Source: Patescibacteria group bacterium (lineage in GTDB: Bacteria > Patescibacteriota > Minisyncoccia > Phycocordibacterales > JBBTRF01). Taken from it: a DNA stretch of 64,000 bases. The notes beneath the pieces were generated by a model that saw nothing but the letters and a program-made list of their open reading frames with translations, ran no database searches and was not told the origin of the DNA. Position numbers and translations under genes: made by a program. Positions within the stretch are counted from its first letter, which is position 1. Every line of letters starts with the position of its first letter. The stretch lies in the NCBI GenBank assembly GCA_038065315.1, contig JBBTRF010000001.1, positions 464,458-528,457 on the forward strand, read 5' to 3'. Below, piece after piece: positions 7,529-16,885 of this stretch.

Positions 7529-8377
7529 CTAAGCCTCCTTCTTCTTCCCAACCTTTCGTCGAGAGACGATAAACTGATTTGAGTATCGCTTTGGAGTTCG
7601 AGTCTTCTGACCCTTACCTGAAGGCTTACCCCACATGGTCTTCGCTCGGCGGAGACCTCGGCCCTGCTTACCTTCTCCTCCTCCGTATGGGTGGTCTACT
7701 GGGTTCATCACCATACCTCGGACAGTCGGTCGAATACCCATCCATCGAGATCGTCCTGCCTTGCCAATGTTCACGAGCCAATTTTCATCATTTGAAACAG
7801 TACCGATAGAACCCCAAGCGGTGTCGAGCACCTTTCGTACTTCGGTAGAAGGCATCTTGAGGTGAGTCATGCCAGCATCCTGTGCGATCACCTGGATAAA
7901 GTTGCCGGCTGATCGTCCGAGCTGTGCGACGCCACTTGGCTGGATAGACACGCTGTGCACAAAGGCGCCAACAGGAATGTTCTTCAAAAGAGTTCGGTTG
8001 CCAGTCTTGAGCTCCGCCTTTTCTGAGACAATAATGCTGTCCCCCACCTTGAGATCCTTTGGAGAAAGGATGTAGCGCTTCTCGCCATCCTTGTAACACA
8101 CGAGCGCAATGAAACCGGTGCGGTTTGGATCGTACTCAATGGTCTGCACTACAGCAGGAATATCTTTCTTATCGAAAACAAAGTCAACGTGTCGATAGAG
8201 TCGCTTGTGTCCACCGCCCTTATGTCGCACAGTGATGCGGCCGTCGGAGTTGCGCCCGACTCGATGCTTGAAACCAGAGACGAGCGCCTTATGAGGAGTG
8301 TCAGTGGTCAAGTGCTCGCTGTATGACACAGTGGTCATACCTCGGCGAGATTTGGTGAATGGTTTATAGTGTTTCAT
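7529..8377 (-). CDS. rplB: 50S ribosomal protein L2
   Basis: 282 aa beginning MKHYKPFTKSRRGMT, with the ...GGGHKRLYR... L2 signature. Confidence 0.95.
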   Translation of the reverse strand: MKHYKPFTKSRRGMTTVSYSEHLTTDTPHKALVSGFKHRVGRNSDGRITVRHKGGGHKRLYRHVDFVFDKKDIPAVVQTIEYDPNRTGFIALVCYKDGEKRYILSPKDLKVGDSIIVSEKAELKTGNRTLLKNIPVGAFVHSVSIQPSGVAQLGRSAGNFIQVIAQDAGMTHLKMPSTEVRKVLDTAWGSIGTVSNDENWLVNIGKAGRSRWMGIRPTVRGMVMNPVDHPYGGGEGKQGRGLRRAKTMWGKPSGKGQKTRTPKRYSNQFIVSRRKVGKKKEA

Positions 8378-8400
8378 TGGAGTATTTGGTGGTGCGACGA

Positions 8401-8697
8401 TTATACAAATTCAATGGTCTCCTTCTTGCCGAGGGTGACGTAGGCCTTCTTGCCTCCCTGCTTTACGCCTGCCTTGCCTCGGACAAAAGATCGCTTTGAA
8501 GGTACCGCGAGGATCTTTACGTCGATCGGAGTCACCTTGTACAAGGTCTTGATCGCAGCCTTGATAGATGCCACGTTGGCACTCTGGGTCACGTTGAAGG
8601 TGTAGACCTTCTTCTCGGCCAAGCGAGCGGCCTTCTCGGTGATGCGTGGGCCGAGGATGACAGATACTGGGTCGTGTTTTACGGTAATGGTAGTCAT
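8401..8697 (-). CDS. rplW: 50S ribosomal protein L23
   Basis: 98 aa; L23 pattern and the conserved order L4-L23-L2. Confidence 0.9.
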   Translation of the reverse strand: MTTITVKHDPVSVILGPRITEKAARLAEKKVYTFNVTQSANVASIKAAIKTLYKVTPIDVKILAVPSKRSFVRGKAGVKQGGKKAYVTLGKKETIEFV

Positions 8698-8698
8698 G

Positions 8699-9421
8699 TT
8701 ATTTCTTTGCAGTCTTAGCTACTTTCTTTGGCTCACTCGCTGCGGTTCGCGCCGGAAGTCGGCTTGCAAGAGATGCGACACTCACCTTTGGATTCTCGAT
8801 CACGACGTACTTGTACTTCATGAGGTCGAGGACGTTGAGATTTCGTACTTCGTTGACCGAGATATTGCTCATGTTGCCGAAGCTTCGGTCTGCTGAAGCG
8901 CTCTTTGCAGACATCGCAATGAAAGCGGCGTTGTTCTTCTTGGTAGCGAGCATCTCGTAGCCCTTTACGCCAGCGAGTGCAGCGATGAGAGACTTTGCGT
9001 GCTTGGTCTTGGCCTCCTTGAGAGCAATAGACTCAACAAACAACACTTCGCCGTCTCGCATCTTCTTTGAGAGCAGGGTGAAAAGCGCCTTCGCCTTCAT
9101 CTTCTGGTTGACCTTTCGGTCGAAGTTCTTGTCATTTCGAGGACCATGAGACACACCTCCACCTGGCCACAACGGTGATCGGATAGAACCGTGTCGGGCA
9201 CGACCAGTACCCTTCTGCTGCCATGGCTTCTTACCGCCTCCTCGTACATCACCTCGAGTCTGAGTGTGAGCGACTGGATTGCGCTTTGAAGTCATCATTG
9301 AGGTCATGACCTGGTGTACCAAGTCGGCGTTCCAGTTCAAACCAAAGACATTCTCTGGGAGCTCGAAAGCGCCAGCAGCCTTGCCGTCCTGAGTGTAGAT
9401 TTTTGCTTCTAGAGTATTCAT
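8699..9421 (-). CDS. rplD: 50S ribosomal protein L4
   Basis: 240 aa; L4 family features (...RGGGKKPWQQKGTGRARHGS...). Confidence 0.9.
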   Translation of the reverse strand: MNTLEAKIYTQDGKAAGAFELPENVFGLNWNADLVHQVMTSMMTSKRNPVAHTQTRGDVRGGGKKPWQQKGTGRARHGSIRSPLWPGGGVSHGPRNDKNFDRKVNQKMKAKALFTLLSKKMRDGEVLFVESIALKEAKTKHAKSLIAALAGVKGYEMLATKKNNAAFIAMSAKSASADRSFGNMSNISVNEVRNLNVLDLMKYKYVVIENPKVSVASLASRLPARTAASEPKKVAKTAKK

Positions 9422-9442
9422 GGGTTCAGGGTTATTTCAGGA

Positions 9443-10057
9443 TTACTGTGCGATCACTTCTACCAAAGTACCTCGTCGGCCTGGAATTGCTCCAGAAACA
9501 AGAAGAAGGTTCTCTGTGGCGTTGATCTGCACGACCTTGAGGTTCTTGACAGTAACACGATCACCACCCATTCGTCCAGCCATTCGCATACCGGGAGCCA
9601 CACGGCCGCCGGCTCGTCCTGCACCAGAGATGGTACCGACTTCTCGCTCAGAGTGCTTCTGACCGTGGGTTCGGGAACCTCCCTTGAAGCCGTGTCGCTT
9701 CACTGCACCCTGGAAACCCTTGCCCTTGCTGATCGAAGACACTTCGATCTCATCGCCTTCCTTGAAGACAGAGACGTCGAATTTGTCTCCCAGCTTCTGG
9801 GTAGGAGCGGCCACGCGGAACTCCTTGAGGGTTCGGAAAAGACCGAGCGCCTTGGTGTGTCCCTTTTGAGGCTTCGAGACGAGCTTCTCGCGAATCTCGC
9901 CAAATCCAATCTGAACAGCTGAATAGCCATCCTTTCCGGACTCTTTAACCTGGGTTACAGTCACCGGACCGGCCTTGAGGACGGTCACTGGGTGAACATT
10001 TCCCTCTTGGTCGAAGACCTGGGTCATATTCAGTTTTGTTCCGATAATGAATTTCAT
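9443..10057 (-). CDS. rplC: 50S ribosomal protein L3
   Basis: 204 aa beginning MKFIIGTKLNMTQVFDQEGNVHPVTVL, a canonical L3. Confidence 0.95.
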   Translation of the reverse strand: MKFIIGTKLNMTQVFDQEGNVHPVTVLKAGPVTVTQVKESGKDGYSAVQIGFGEIREKLVSKPQKGHTKALGLFRTLKEFRVAAPTQKLGDKFDVSVFKEGDEIEVSSISKGKGFQGAVKRHGFKGGSRTHGQKHSEREVGTISGAGRAGGRVAPGMRMAGRMGGDRVTVKNLKVVQINATENLLLVSGAIPGRRGTLVEVIAQ

Positions 10058-10097
10058 GTGGGTTAGGTGAGGCGGTTAGTGGGGTGAATACTGGTGG

Positions 10098-10487
10098 TTA
10101 GATCATCTTGACGTCGATGTTGACTCCTGAAGGCAGGCTCAGGTTGGTGAGTGCCTCAATTGTCTTTGGATTTGGGTTCACAATGTCAATCAATCGCTTG
10201 TGCACTCGCATCTCAAACTGCTCTCGCGCGTCTTTGTAGACAAAGGCAGCTCGGTTTACGGTGTACTTCTTGATCTCTGTAGGGAGCGGAATCGGTCCGA
10301 GGATAGTGGCATCGTATCGAAGCGCAGTGTCCATGATCTGCTTCACGGAAGCATCGAGGATCTTGTGTTCGTACGCTCGCACACGAATGCGGAGCTTGTG
10401 GCTCACCTCCTGGCCCTTTACCGTAGCCTTGGCGACTTTCGTCTTGCCCTTGGCCTTATCGGCCGTCTTTGTTTCTTTTGTGGTCAT
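10098..10487 (-). CDS. rpsJ: 30S ribosomal protein S10 (with ~28-aa Lys-rich N-terminal extension)
   Basis: S10 core ...[42 protein letters not shown]... Confidence 0.9.
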   Translation of the reverse strand: MTTKETKTADKAKGKTKVAKATVKGQEVSHKLRIRVRAYEHKILDASVKQIMDTALRYDATILGPIPLPTEIKKYTVNRAAFVYKDAREQFEMRVHKRLIDIVNPNPKTIEALTNLSLPSGVNIDVKMI

Positions 10488-10531
10488 GTTGAGTATGTGG
10501 CTCCTCTTGAATTGGTCGCGGAGCCGGCGAT

Positions 10532-11728
10532 TTACTTAGTGATCTTGGTGACCACTCCTGCACCGACGGTTCGTCCGCCTTCTCGCACAGCAAATCGCAT
10601 CTTTTCCTCGAGTGCAATCGGCGCTACGAGCTTGACGATGAACTTCACGGTGTCTCCTGGCATAACCATTTCAGTGCCCGCAGCGAGGGTTACCTCACCG
10701 GTGACGTCTGTGGTTCGGATGTAGAACTGTGGCTTGTACCCATTGAAGAATGGAGTGTGTCGGCCACCTTCTTCCTTCTTGAGAACGTAGATTTCACCCT
10801 CGAAGTCGGTGTGAGGAGTGGTAGTACCTGGCTTTGCAAGTACCTGACCTCGGGTAACGTCTTCCTTTCGAGTACCTCGGAGGAGAACACCCGCGTTGTC
10901 ACCTGCCATACCTTCGCTGAGCTGCTTGTTGAACATTTCGATACCAGTGATGGTAGACTTTGCAGTCGGCTTGAGACCAATGATCTCAACTTCCTCGCCA
11001 ACCTTTGCGATTCCTCGCTCGATTCGGCCAGTAACCACAGTACCTCGTCCTTCAATAGAGAAGATGTCTTCGATTGGCATCAAGAATGGCTTGTCGATCT
11101 CACGCACTGGCATAGGGATATAGGTGTCGAGTGAGTTCAAAAGCTCATCGATCTTTGCAACCCATGCTGCATCGCCTTCGATCGCCTTCAAAGCTGAACC
11201 TCGAATCACTGGAGTACCCTTTCCGTCGAAACCATACTTCTCGAGAAGGTCTCGGATTTCTGCCTCAACGAGGTCGAGCATGTCCTTGTCATCCACCATG
11301 TCGCACTTGTTCAAGAAGACCACGATCTTTGGAACACCCACCTGCTTTGCGAGGAGAATGTGCTCTCGAGTCTGTGGCATTGGACCGTCTACCGCAGATA
11401 CCACGAGGATAGCGCCGTCCATCTGAGCGGCACCAGTGATCATGTTCTTGACGTAGTCAGCGTGACCTGGACAGTCGACGTGAGCGTAGTGTCGAGCCAC
11501 AGTTGAATACTCAACGTGTGAAATCGCAATGGTAATAATCTTTGAAGGGTCGCGTCGGCCGTCCTTTTCAGATGCCTTCGCTACCTGGTCGTATGCAATA
11601 GGATTTGCAAGACCTTTCTTTGACTGAACAACAGTAAGAGCCGCGGTAAGAGTAGTCTTGCCGTGGTCGACGTGTCCAATAGTACCGACGTTTACGTGAG
11701 GCTTTGATCGATCAAATGCTTCTGCCAT
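10532..11728 (-). CDS. tuf: Elongation factor Tu
   Basis: 398 aa with the [10 protein letters not shown] and DCPGHADY motifs; full-length EF-Tu. Confidence 0.97.
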   Translation of the reverse strand: MAEAFDRSKPHVNVGTIGHVDHGKTTLTAALTVVQSKKGLANPIAYDQVAKASEKDGRRDPSKIITIAISHVEYSTVARHYAHVDCPGHADYVKNMITGAAQMDGAILVVSAVDGPMPQTREHILLAKQVGVPKIVVFLNKCDMVDDKDMLDLVEAEIRDLLEKYGFDGKGTPVIRGSALKAIEGDAAWVAKIDELLNSLDTYIPMPVREIDKPFLMPIEDIFSIEGRGTVVTGRIERGIAKVGEEVEIIGLKPTAKSTITGIEMFNKQLSEGMAGDNAGVLLRGTRKEDVTRGQVLAKPGTTTPHTDFEGEIYVLKKEEGGRHTPFFNGYKPQFYIRTTDVTGEVTLAAGTEMVMPGDTVKFIVKLVAPIALEEKMRFAVREGGRTVGAGVVTKITK

Positions 11729-11908
11729 ATATTTAATGAGTCCCTAATTCTCAAAGCTCAACGCGCGAGAGTGGCTGAGCCTTGTAACTTAAGAACAAAA
11801 ATTAATGATAATAAATCGTGTTAATACCAGGACGTTTCTTTTGATTCGAAACGGCCAAAGACGCAAAAAATGCGACAATGGGTATAGTAACAAATTGGCC
11901 GATAAAGT

Positions 11909-12022
11909 CAACCTTGGCGCACTGGCCGCCTCAGACACGCCGTAAATTTCTCCTGAAATTTCGGCTCCTCTCGGCGCCGTCGCGCCTGCGAGAGGTCTTC
12001 GTCAGCCAGTGCGCCAAGGTTG
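11909..12022. repeat. Nested-hairpin intergenic repeat, copy D (18-bp perfect outer inverted repeat caaccttggcgcactggc / gccagtgcgccaaggttg)
   Basis: Core: acgccgt + aaatttc-tcct-gaaattt + cggctcc + tctcggcgccgtcgcgcctgcgagag. Lies between the Phd-ParE toxin-antitoxin pair and tuf. Confidence 0.75.
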
Positions 12023-12056
12023 GTTTGATAGACATTTGTTGCTAGACCCGATTGTC

Positions 12057-12296
12057 TTAGAGGTGGTAGGTGGTGTCGTCGCGATTGGTGACATCGAGTA
12101 GAAAGATGTCGTCGTTGGTGAGGTGAAAGAGTATTCTGTATTGACCGGAACGCACTCTATAGATATCAAGGCCTCCTTTGAGCTTTTTCAGGTCGAGACC
12201 AACGAAGTTGCGCGATTTGATTTGAGCAATGATCAGCAGGATCCGTCCTCTTTGCTTTTCTTCCAGCTTGGCGAGGAATTTATCAATTTTGTGCAT
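12057..12296 (-). CDS. ParE/RelE-family type II toxin
   Basis: 79 aa with a RelE/ParE pattern (...YRVRSGQYRILFHLTNDDIFLLDVTNRDD.Y). Overlaps the upstream antitoxin gene by 14 nt. Confidence 0.8.
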   Translation of the reverse strand: MHKIDKFLAKLEEKQRGRILLIIAQIKSRNFVGLDLKKLKGGLDIYRVRSGQYRILFHLTNDDIFLLDVTNRDDTTYHL

Positions 12297-12531
12297 CGAG
12301 ACGCTTCAGGGAGGCAAGCACTTCATCGATATGCACCCCCTTTGGATCAATTTGAGTAAAATCCACCAATGTCTTCCACACCCCTTCGTCTCCCCACTCG
12401 TCGACGGGCACCATTTTGAATGCCGGTTTCGACTTTTTCACCACGACGAAAGACCGCCCTTTTTCTACTTCAGAAATATATTTTTCCATGTTCTCTCGCA
12501 GCTCTTTTAGGCCGATAATATTGGTTTTCAT
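12283..12531 (-). CDS. Phd/YefM-family type II antitoxin
   Basis: 82 aa beginning MKTNIIGLKELRENMEKYISEVEKGRSFVVVKKSKPAFKMVPV, a YefM/Phd fold pattern. Confidence 0.8.
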   Translation of the reverse strand: MKTNIIGLKELRENMEKYISEVEKGRSFVVVKKSKPAFKMVPVDEWGDEGVWKTLVDFTQIDPKGVHIDEVLASLKRLDAQN

Positions 12532-12534
12532 AGC

Positions 12535-12562
12535 ACAAGTTTATCTTAAGATAAACTTGTGT
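12535..12562. promoter_or_regulatory. 12-bp perfect palindrome (cacaagtttatc tta gataaacttgtg) 3 nt upstream of the Phd start codon; candidate toxin-antitoxin autoregulatory operator
   Basis: Read directly. Type II toxin-antitoxin promoters are classically repressed through palindromic operators. Confidence 0.5.
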
Positions 12563-12610
12563 CAACCAAGCCTGCCGTCGACAAAACAGACAAAGAAAGC
12601 ATATCAGAGT

Positions 12611-12665
12611 GGCGATAAAGAAACTGCTAAGAAATGTTCAAGAAAAAGCTAATTTTTGATAAAGA
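12611..12665. repeat. Bipartite A-rich repeat, copy 1: AGAAACTGCTAAGAAA-N18-TTTTTGATAAAGA
   Basis: The same two blocks with the same 18-nt spacing recur at 32986-33045. Confidence 0.55.
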
Positions 12666-12687
12666 TTCAACAAAGAAAGTCTAGGGG

Positions 12688-13431
12688 CTACTCCGCTGCA
12701 ACACCGCCCAAAAACACTTTGCTGAGCGTATCGCCCTTGATAATCTCGGCAGCAGGACCGGCAGCCACTACCCTACCCTTGTCGAGTACATAGGCACGAT
12801 GAGCAACTTCGAGAAGAGATTTGATATTGTGCTCCACCACCACGACAGCCATCTTGCGGCGCTGGTTGATCTCGAGGATCTTGGCGAACATTTCCTTCAC
12901 GATCTTCGGAGCAAGACCGAGCGACGGCTCATCGAGCAGGAGGATCTTTGGGTCGGTCATGAGGCCGCGGGCGATCGCGAGCATTTGCTGTTGGCCGCCG
13001 GAGAGATTGGAGGATTTTTCCGAGAGTCGGCTACGTAGTGCCGGGAACAGATCAAGCACCTGCTCGAGACGCTCGGCACGAATCTTTGCAGAAGCGACGG
13101 TCCAGCCGCCGAGTTCGATATTCTCACGGACGCTCAGATGTTTAAACACGCGGCGGCCTTGAGGGACAAATGAAATCCCTCGATGGATCACCTCATGCGA
13201 CACCGGCAAGAAGGTCTGCCCTTCCCAAGAGACCGATCCAGAGCTGATCGGCGCCAAGCCGAAGATCGCCTTGAGTACCGTTGACTTGCCGGCACCGTTT
13301 GGACCCATGAGCGCCACGATCTCGCCTTCATCTATAGACACCGAGGCACCATCAAGAGCCTTCACGCCACCGTAATGGACGTGTAGGTCGCGGGTTTCGA
13401 GAAGGATCTCTCTTTTTACATTATCGGCCAT
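12688..13431 (-). CDS. livF: Branched-chain amino acid ABC transporter ATP-binding protein LivF-like
   Basis: Walker A GPNGAGKST, the ABC signature LSGGQQQ and the Walker B motif LLLDEP. Start set at MADNVK. Confidence 0.85.
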   Translation of the reverse strand: MADNVKREILLETRDLHVHYGGVKALDGASVSIDEGEIVALMGPNGAGKSTVLKAIFGLAPISSGSVSWEGQTFLPVSHEVIHRGISFVPQGRRVFKHLSVRENIELGGWTVASAKIRAERLEQVLDLFPALRSRLSEKSSNLSGGQQQMLAIARGLMTDPKILLLDEPSLGLAPKIVKEMFAKILEINQRRKMAVVVVEHNIKSLLEVAHRAYVLDKGRVVAAGPAAEIIKGDTLSKVFLGGVAAE

Positions 13432-13488
13432 TACGCCTTCAATTCTATCATCGCGGGAGGATGAGGGCGAGCTACTAAACACCGAGCG

Positions 13489-14397
13489 TTAATTCACAGC
13501 CACAGGTTGACCATTCTTGACTTGCTTCAAGATCATTTCCCGCTTCGCCACACCGTTCTCATCAAAGAGACCGGATTTTGAGAGGCTGGATTGGACACAG
13601 ATAGTATCTGCTTTACATTCATCCACTGCTGAAGAGAGAATCTCTGCTGCTTGCTCAGAAAGACCGAACACGGCTCCTTCTCCCTCAGCAATATCTTTCG
13701 GGAAAGAATAAAAAACGTCCGGAACCAAAGTACGGACAACGGGAAGCTCAGCTACGTAAGTAGAGAAGACGGGTGCGACGACACCAAACTGCCTGAGCTT
13801 CGCGACCCCGCCAGCAAAGAAGAATGAAATATCTGGTGAGTAGATCACATCGGGCCTCGAAGCCTTGATCTTCGCCACTTCAGTGGAAATGTCGCCAGTA
13901 TCAGCACCAATCGCAACATGATAGACGATGTCACCCTTAAAATGAGCTCGGAAACTATCGACGTGCGTCTTCGAGAAGGCATTTTGATAGGAGACGAGAG
14001 CAACCCGCTTGTAGCCGCGACGGGTAAGCTCTTCCGCAATGAACTTTGATTCGTCTTCCAGAGAATACTGCACGTTGTAGAGGTTACCCCCGCTCGCTTC
14101 ATAGAGCGTCTTCGAAGCCGCCGATGGTACGAGCGCGAAGTAGTCACCCGCAAACTTCGACAACACTGCACCAATAAGGAAGCTCGCCGCCGCCGTGACC
14201 AGCGCCCCGACGAGCAGTGACAGGAAGAAATTCATCCCCGTGGTCGTGAGCAGGATGCCTGTCGCATAGGCACCGAGGCCGTAGAAGGCCGCGTGTGTCA
14301 CCGAGAGTAGGCCGGTATACCCCACCACCAAGTTGAGCGACAAACCCAAGATCCCGTAGATGCCGATGAGAATGAGGAGGTGAATGAGGTAGTCCAT
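13489..14397 (-). CDS. Chimeric ORF joining a LivM-like permease N-terminus (3 TM helices, through GDYFALV) to the C-terminal two-thirds of a LivK-like periplasmic binding protein
   Basis: N-terminal ~95 aa match the LivM family (MDYLIHLLILIGIYGILGLSLNLVVGYTGLLS...LSKFAGDYFALV). The remainder matches type-I periplasmic binding proteins (...YKRVALVSYQNAF...IKASRPDVIY...FDENG...). No livG gene is present. Confidence 0.6.
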   Translation of the reverse strand: MDYLIHLLILIGIYGILGLSLNLVVGYTGLLSVTHAAFYGLGAYATGILLTTTGMNFFLSLLVGALVTAAASFLIGAVLSKFAGDYFALVPSAASKTLYEASGGNLYNVQYSLEDESKFIAEELTRRGYKRVALVSYQNAFSKTHVDSFRAHFKGDIVYHVAIGADTGDISTEVAKIKASRPDVIYSPDISFFFAGGVAKLRQFGVVAPVFSTYVAELPVVRTLVPDVFYSFPKDIAEGEGAVFGLSEQAAEILSSAVDECKADTICVQSSLSKSGLFDENGVAKREMILKQVKNGQPVAVN

Positions 14398-14628
14398 GAT
14401 ATGCAGGCGCTTGTGCGCCTTTAATCATACCAAAAAAGGCGCTTGACTCATATTTTCGATTTTGCTAACATACTAACTGTGGTACCTCAGGGGCTTCCGG
14501 AAACGGGAGCCCCTTGAAGCTTCTAGTTGGGAAGATAATGTAGAGGCATAAAAAGACCCACCCGCCATTGCTGGCGGGTGGTAACATCTAACACTCTAAG
14601 TATCGCAAAACTGAATTGAAGTGTCAAT

Positions 14629-15496
14629 TTACTTCTTCAAAATCCCCTGCGGCCGGAAGAGCAGGAACAGGATAAGCACAGTGAAGGCAATCGCATCCTT
14701 CCACTCGCCGGAGATGTGCCAAATACCGAAGTTTTCGACAAAGCCGAGGAAAAAAGCGCCGAGTACGCCGCCGTAGATGTTGCCGATGCCGCCGATGATA
14801 CAGGCGATCACGCCTTTGAGGAGTAGCGACATGCCCATGGTCGGCTCAATGCCCGTATCGAAGCCGATGAGAATGCCGGCGAGGCCAGCGATCGCCGAAC
14901 CGATGAGAAACACCTTGCCGATGACTTTGTCAGTGTTGATGCCGACAATCTTGGAAACATCTTCATCGTCGCCCACAGCTCGTACCGCGCGGCCGAACAT
15001 TGTCTTTTTTGAGCACCAGCGCCAATCCGCTCATGATGACCAGTCCCGTCACGAGGATGACGAGCTGGATCTCCGTAATCACTCCCCCGAAGATGTCATA
15101 CACCCGCTGCGCTGAGGAGTTTTGCGAGAGCGTCTGGAATTGGCTGGTGAAGAGGATGGCGATAATGGCCTGCACTGCAGTGAAAGCCCCGAGCGAAGCC
15201 ACCATGAGCACCATGCTGGAGGATTTGCGAGCACGGAGGGGACGATAAACAAAGTGATTGATGAGTCCGCCCACCGCCGCCGCAATGACCACGCCAAGCA
15301 GCACCGCCAGCCACAGATCGAGGCCAAGCATTTTGTAGAAATAGAACACCGCGTAGCCGCCCACCGCAGTGAGCGCACCATAGCCGAGATCGAAGAACTT
15401 CACCGTCCCGAAGATGATATTGAATCCGAGCGCCAGCAGCGAATAGATCGCGCCGGCAATGATGCTGTTCAGGATGAGTTGTGGGAGGATGTCCAT
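14629..15496 (-). pseudogene. livH: livH-like permease disrupted by a frameshift near 14963-15000 at an A6/T6 run
   Basis: Two adjacent ORFs, 14963..15496 and 14629..15000, encode the N- and C-halves of LivH in different frames. The junction is ...VLKK/D... versus ...MFGRAVRAV... at the homopolymer ttttttga. Confidence 0.65.
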
Positions 15497-15511
15497 GTCT
15501 CAATAGTATAG

Positions 15512-15545
15512 CAAAAAACCGCTCGGAGGGAGCGGTTTTTTGCTC
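15512..15545. terminator. Hairpin aaaaaaccgctc-ggaggg-agcggtttttt, a bidirectional intrinsic terminator
   Basis: GC stem flanked by A and T runs, between the liv fragments. Confidence 0.55.
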
Positions 15546-15557
15546 ATTGAGGAAAAA

Positions 15558-16082
15558 TTACTTCGCGTCAACAAGTGCACCATCCTTGACCTGCATCATT
15601 CGCATACCGATACCGGTAACGTCACCATTCTCATCGAATCCAAAAGTTCCAGTAATCCCTGGAAAATCTTTAGTAGCATAGAGAGCCTGCTTGATCTTTT
15701 CAGTATCACTAGCCCCTACTTTTTCAAAGATGGTCGCTAGGAGATAGACCTCGTCATAAGCGTTTGCAGAAAAGAACGGATAGGTTGGTTCAGAGCTGTA
15801 ACGCTTCTTACTTTCCTGCAAGAAAGCGTTGGCTCGGGAGTTTTCAGAGCCAAGTGCCGGAGCATCCACAATATACGCACCTTCCACAGCCATGCCTGTC
15901 TTCACAAACTCAGGACCTGAGAAATATGCTGTGTAGAACTGAGACTTGATACCGAGTGTTCGAGCCTGTTCAGCCAGACGAGCACCGTCTGAACCAGTCT
16001 GGGTATCGATCAGGATCGCCTCATGGCGCGAGAAGCTCGGTATCATCATCGAGAGCCACGAGATCGCCGATGCCATGCGCAA
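15558..16082 (-). pseudogene. Truncated LivK-like substrate-binding protein (C-terminal ~150 aa only)
   Basis: ...ARLAEQARTLGIKSQFYTAYFSGPEF...TGTFGFDENGDVTG... matches the C-terminus of branched-chain amino-acid binding proteins. The N-terminal two-thirds and the signal peptide are absent. Confidence 0.6.
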
Positions 16083-16234
16083 AATCTACGAACTCGCCTG
16101 GGCCGAAGCAAAACGGCTTGACGCCGACCTACGCCTGAAACCATAGCCCTCATTGACACCCATCTCTTAAAAGAATAGGCTTTAAGGCGGATTTGAATCT
16201 GCACTGTTTTGAATCCAGAAAGGAGGCCGAAACT

Positions 16235-16636
16235 ATGTATCTGAATATTCGAGGAATCGAGAACGATCTCTACCCCGAGATTCCCTACTACCGCTTTGTT
16301 TGGGGGCCAGTGATAGAAAAAATGTTGGACTTCAAAGACGAAAAAACTCCCTTCCGCCTCAGAATGGCCAGCACTCACTATCGCGGTGCTTCGGAAAATA
16401 TCCCAGACGACACAGATATAAAGGTGCTTGTCTTTGCGGTTCGAGTTCTGATTGGCACTCCTGACCACTTCTGCTTCGGAGCCCACGTCATCAGCGGCTG
16501 GCCACCATACGAAGGCCGTGTGATTGAGGGCGGCATCATGGACGACGGAAGTGGACTGTTTGTCCTGACTACTCCAGATATCTACCTTCTCGCCGGCTTC
16601 GACCGGACCATAAATAGAGCCGTTTACACGGCCTGA
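16235..16636 (+). CDS. Hypothetical protein (133 aa), no recognisable domain
   Basis: GGAGG Shine-Dalgarno sequence 7 nt upstream of the ATG at 16235; followed by a hairpin plus T-run terminator. Convergent with the liv remnants and fusA. Confidence 0.5.
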   Translation: MYLNIRGIENDLYPEIPYYRFVWGPVIEKMLDFKDEKTPFRLRMASTHYRGASENIPDDTDIKVLVFAVRVLIGTPDHFCFGAHVISGWPPYEGRVIEGGIMDDGSGLFVLTTPDIYLLAGFDRTINRAVYTA

Positions 16637-16653
16637 TACATGGAGTTTTATCG

Positions 16654-16690
16654 CCCCGCAGCTCAGCCGCGGGGTTTTCTTTTGCAGTTT
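16654..16690 (+). terminator. Intrinsic terminator (ccccgcag...cgcgggg followed by ttttctttt)
   Basis: GC hairpin followed by a T-tract immediately after the 16235..16636 ORF. Confidence 0.6.
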
Positions 16691-16772
16691 CGTAATTCAG
16701 GAAAGGCAAAACCGCCTGTTGGCGAAGACCTCGCGCAACTGCAACGGCTCGATATTGACCGAGATATGTAAA

Positions 16773-16884
16773 GAAAACAAAAACACCTTCGGTGAAGACC
16801 TCTCGCAGCCACGTCGGTGGCGAGAGGAGCCAAAATCCTAGCAAGGATTTATGGCGTGTCTTCGACGAAGGTGTTTTTGTTTTC
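16773..16884. repeat. Nested-hairpin intergenic repeat, copy E (27-bp outer stem with 1 mismatch; opposite orientation to A and D); ends 2 nt before the fusA stop codon
   Basis: Arms gaaaacaaaaacaccttcggtgaagac and gtcttcgacgaaggtgtttttgttttc. The reverse complement of the core aligns with copy D (gacacgccat + aaaatcc-ttgcta-ggatttt + ggctcctctcgc...gcgagag). Confidence 0.75.
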
Positions 16885-16885
16885 T

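Noticed and set aside
16046-16486. 146-aa minus-strand ORF
   Set aside because: Arg/Ser-rich low-complexity translation that overlaps the plus-strand 16235..16636 gene (which has a Shine-Dalgarno sequence and terminator) and the livK fragment.
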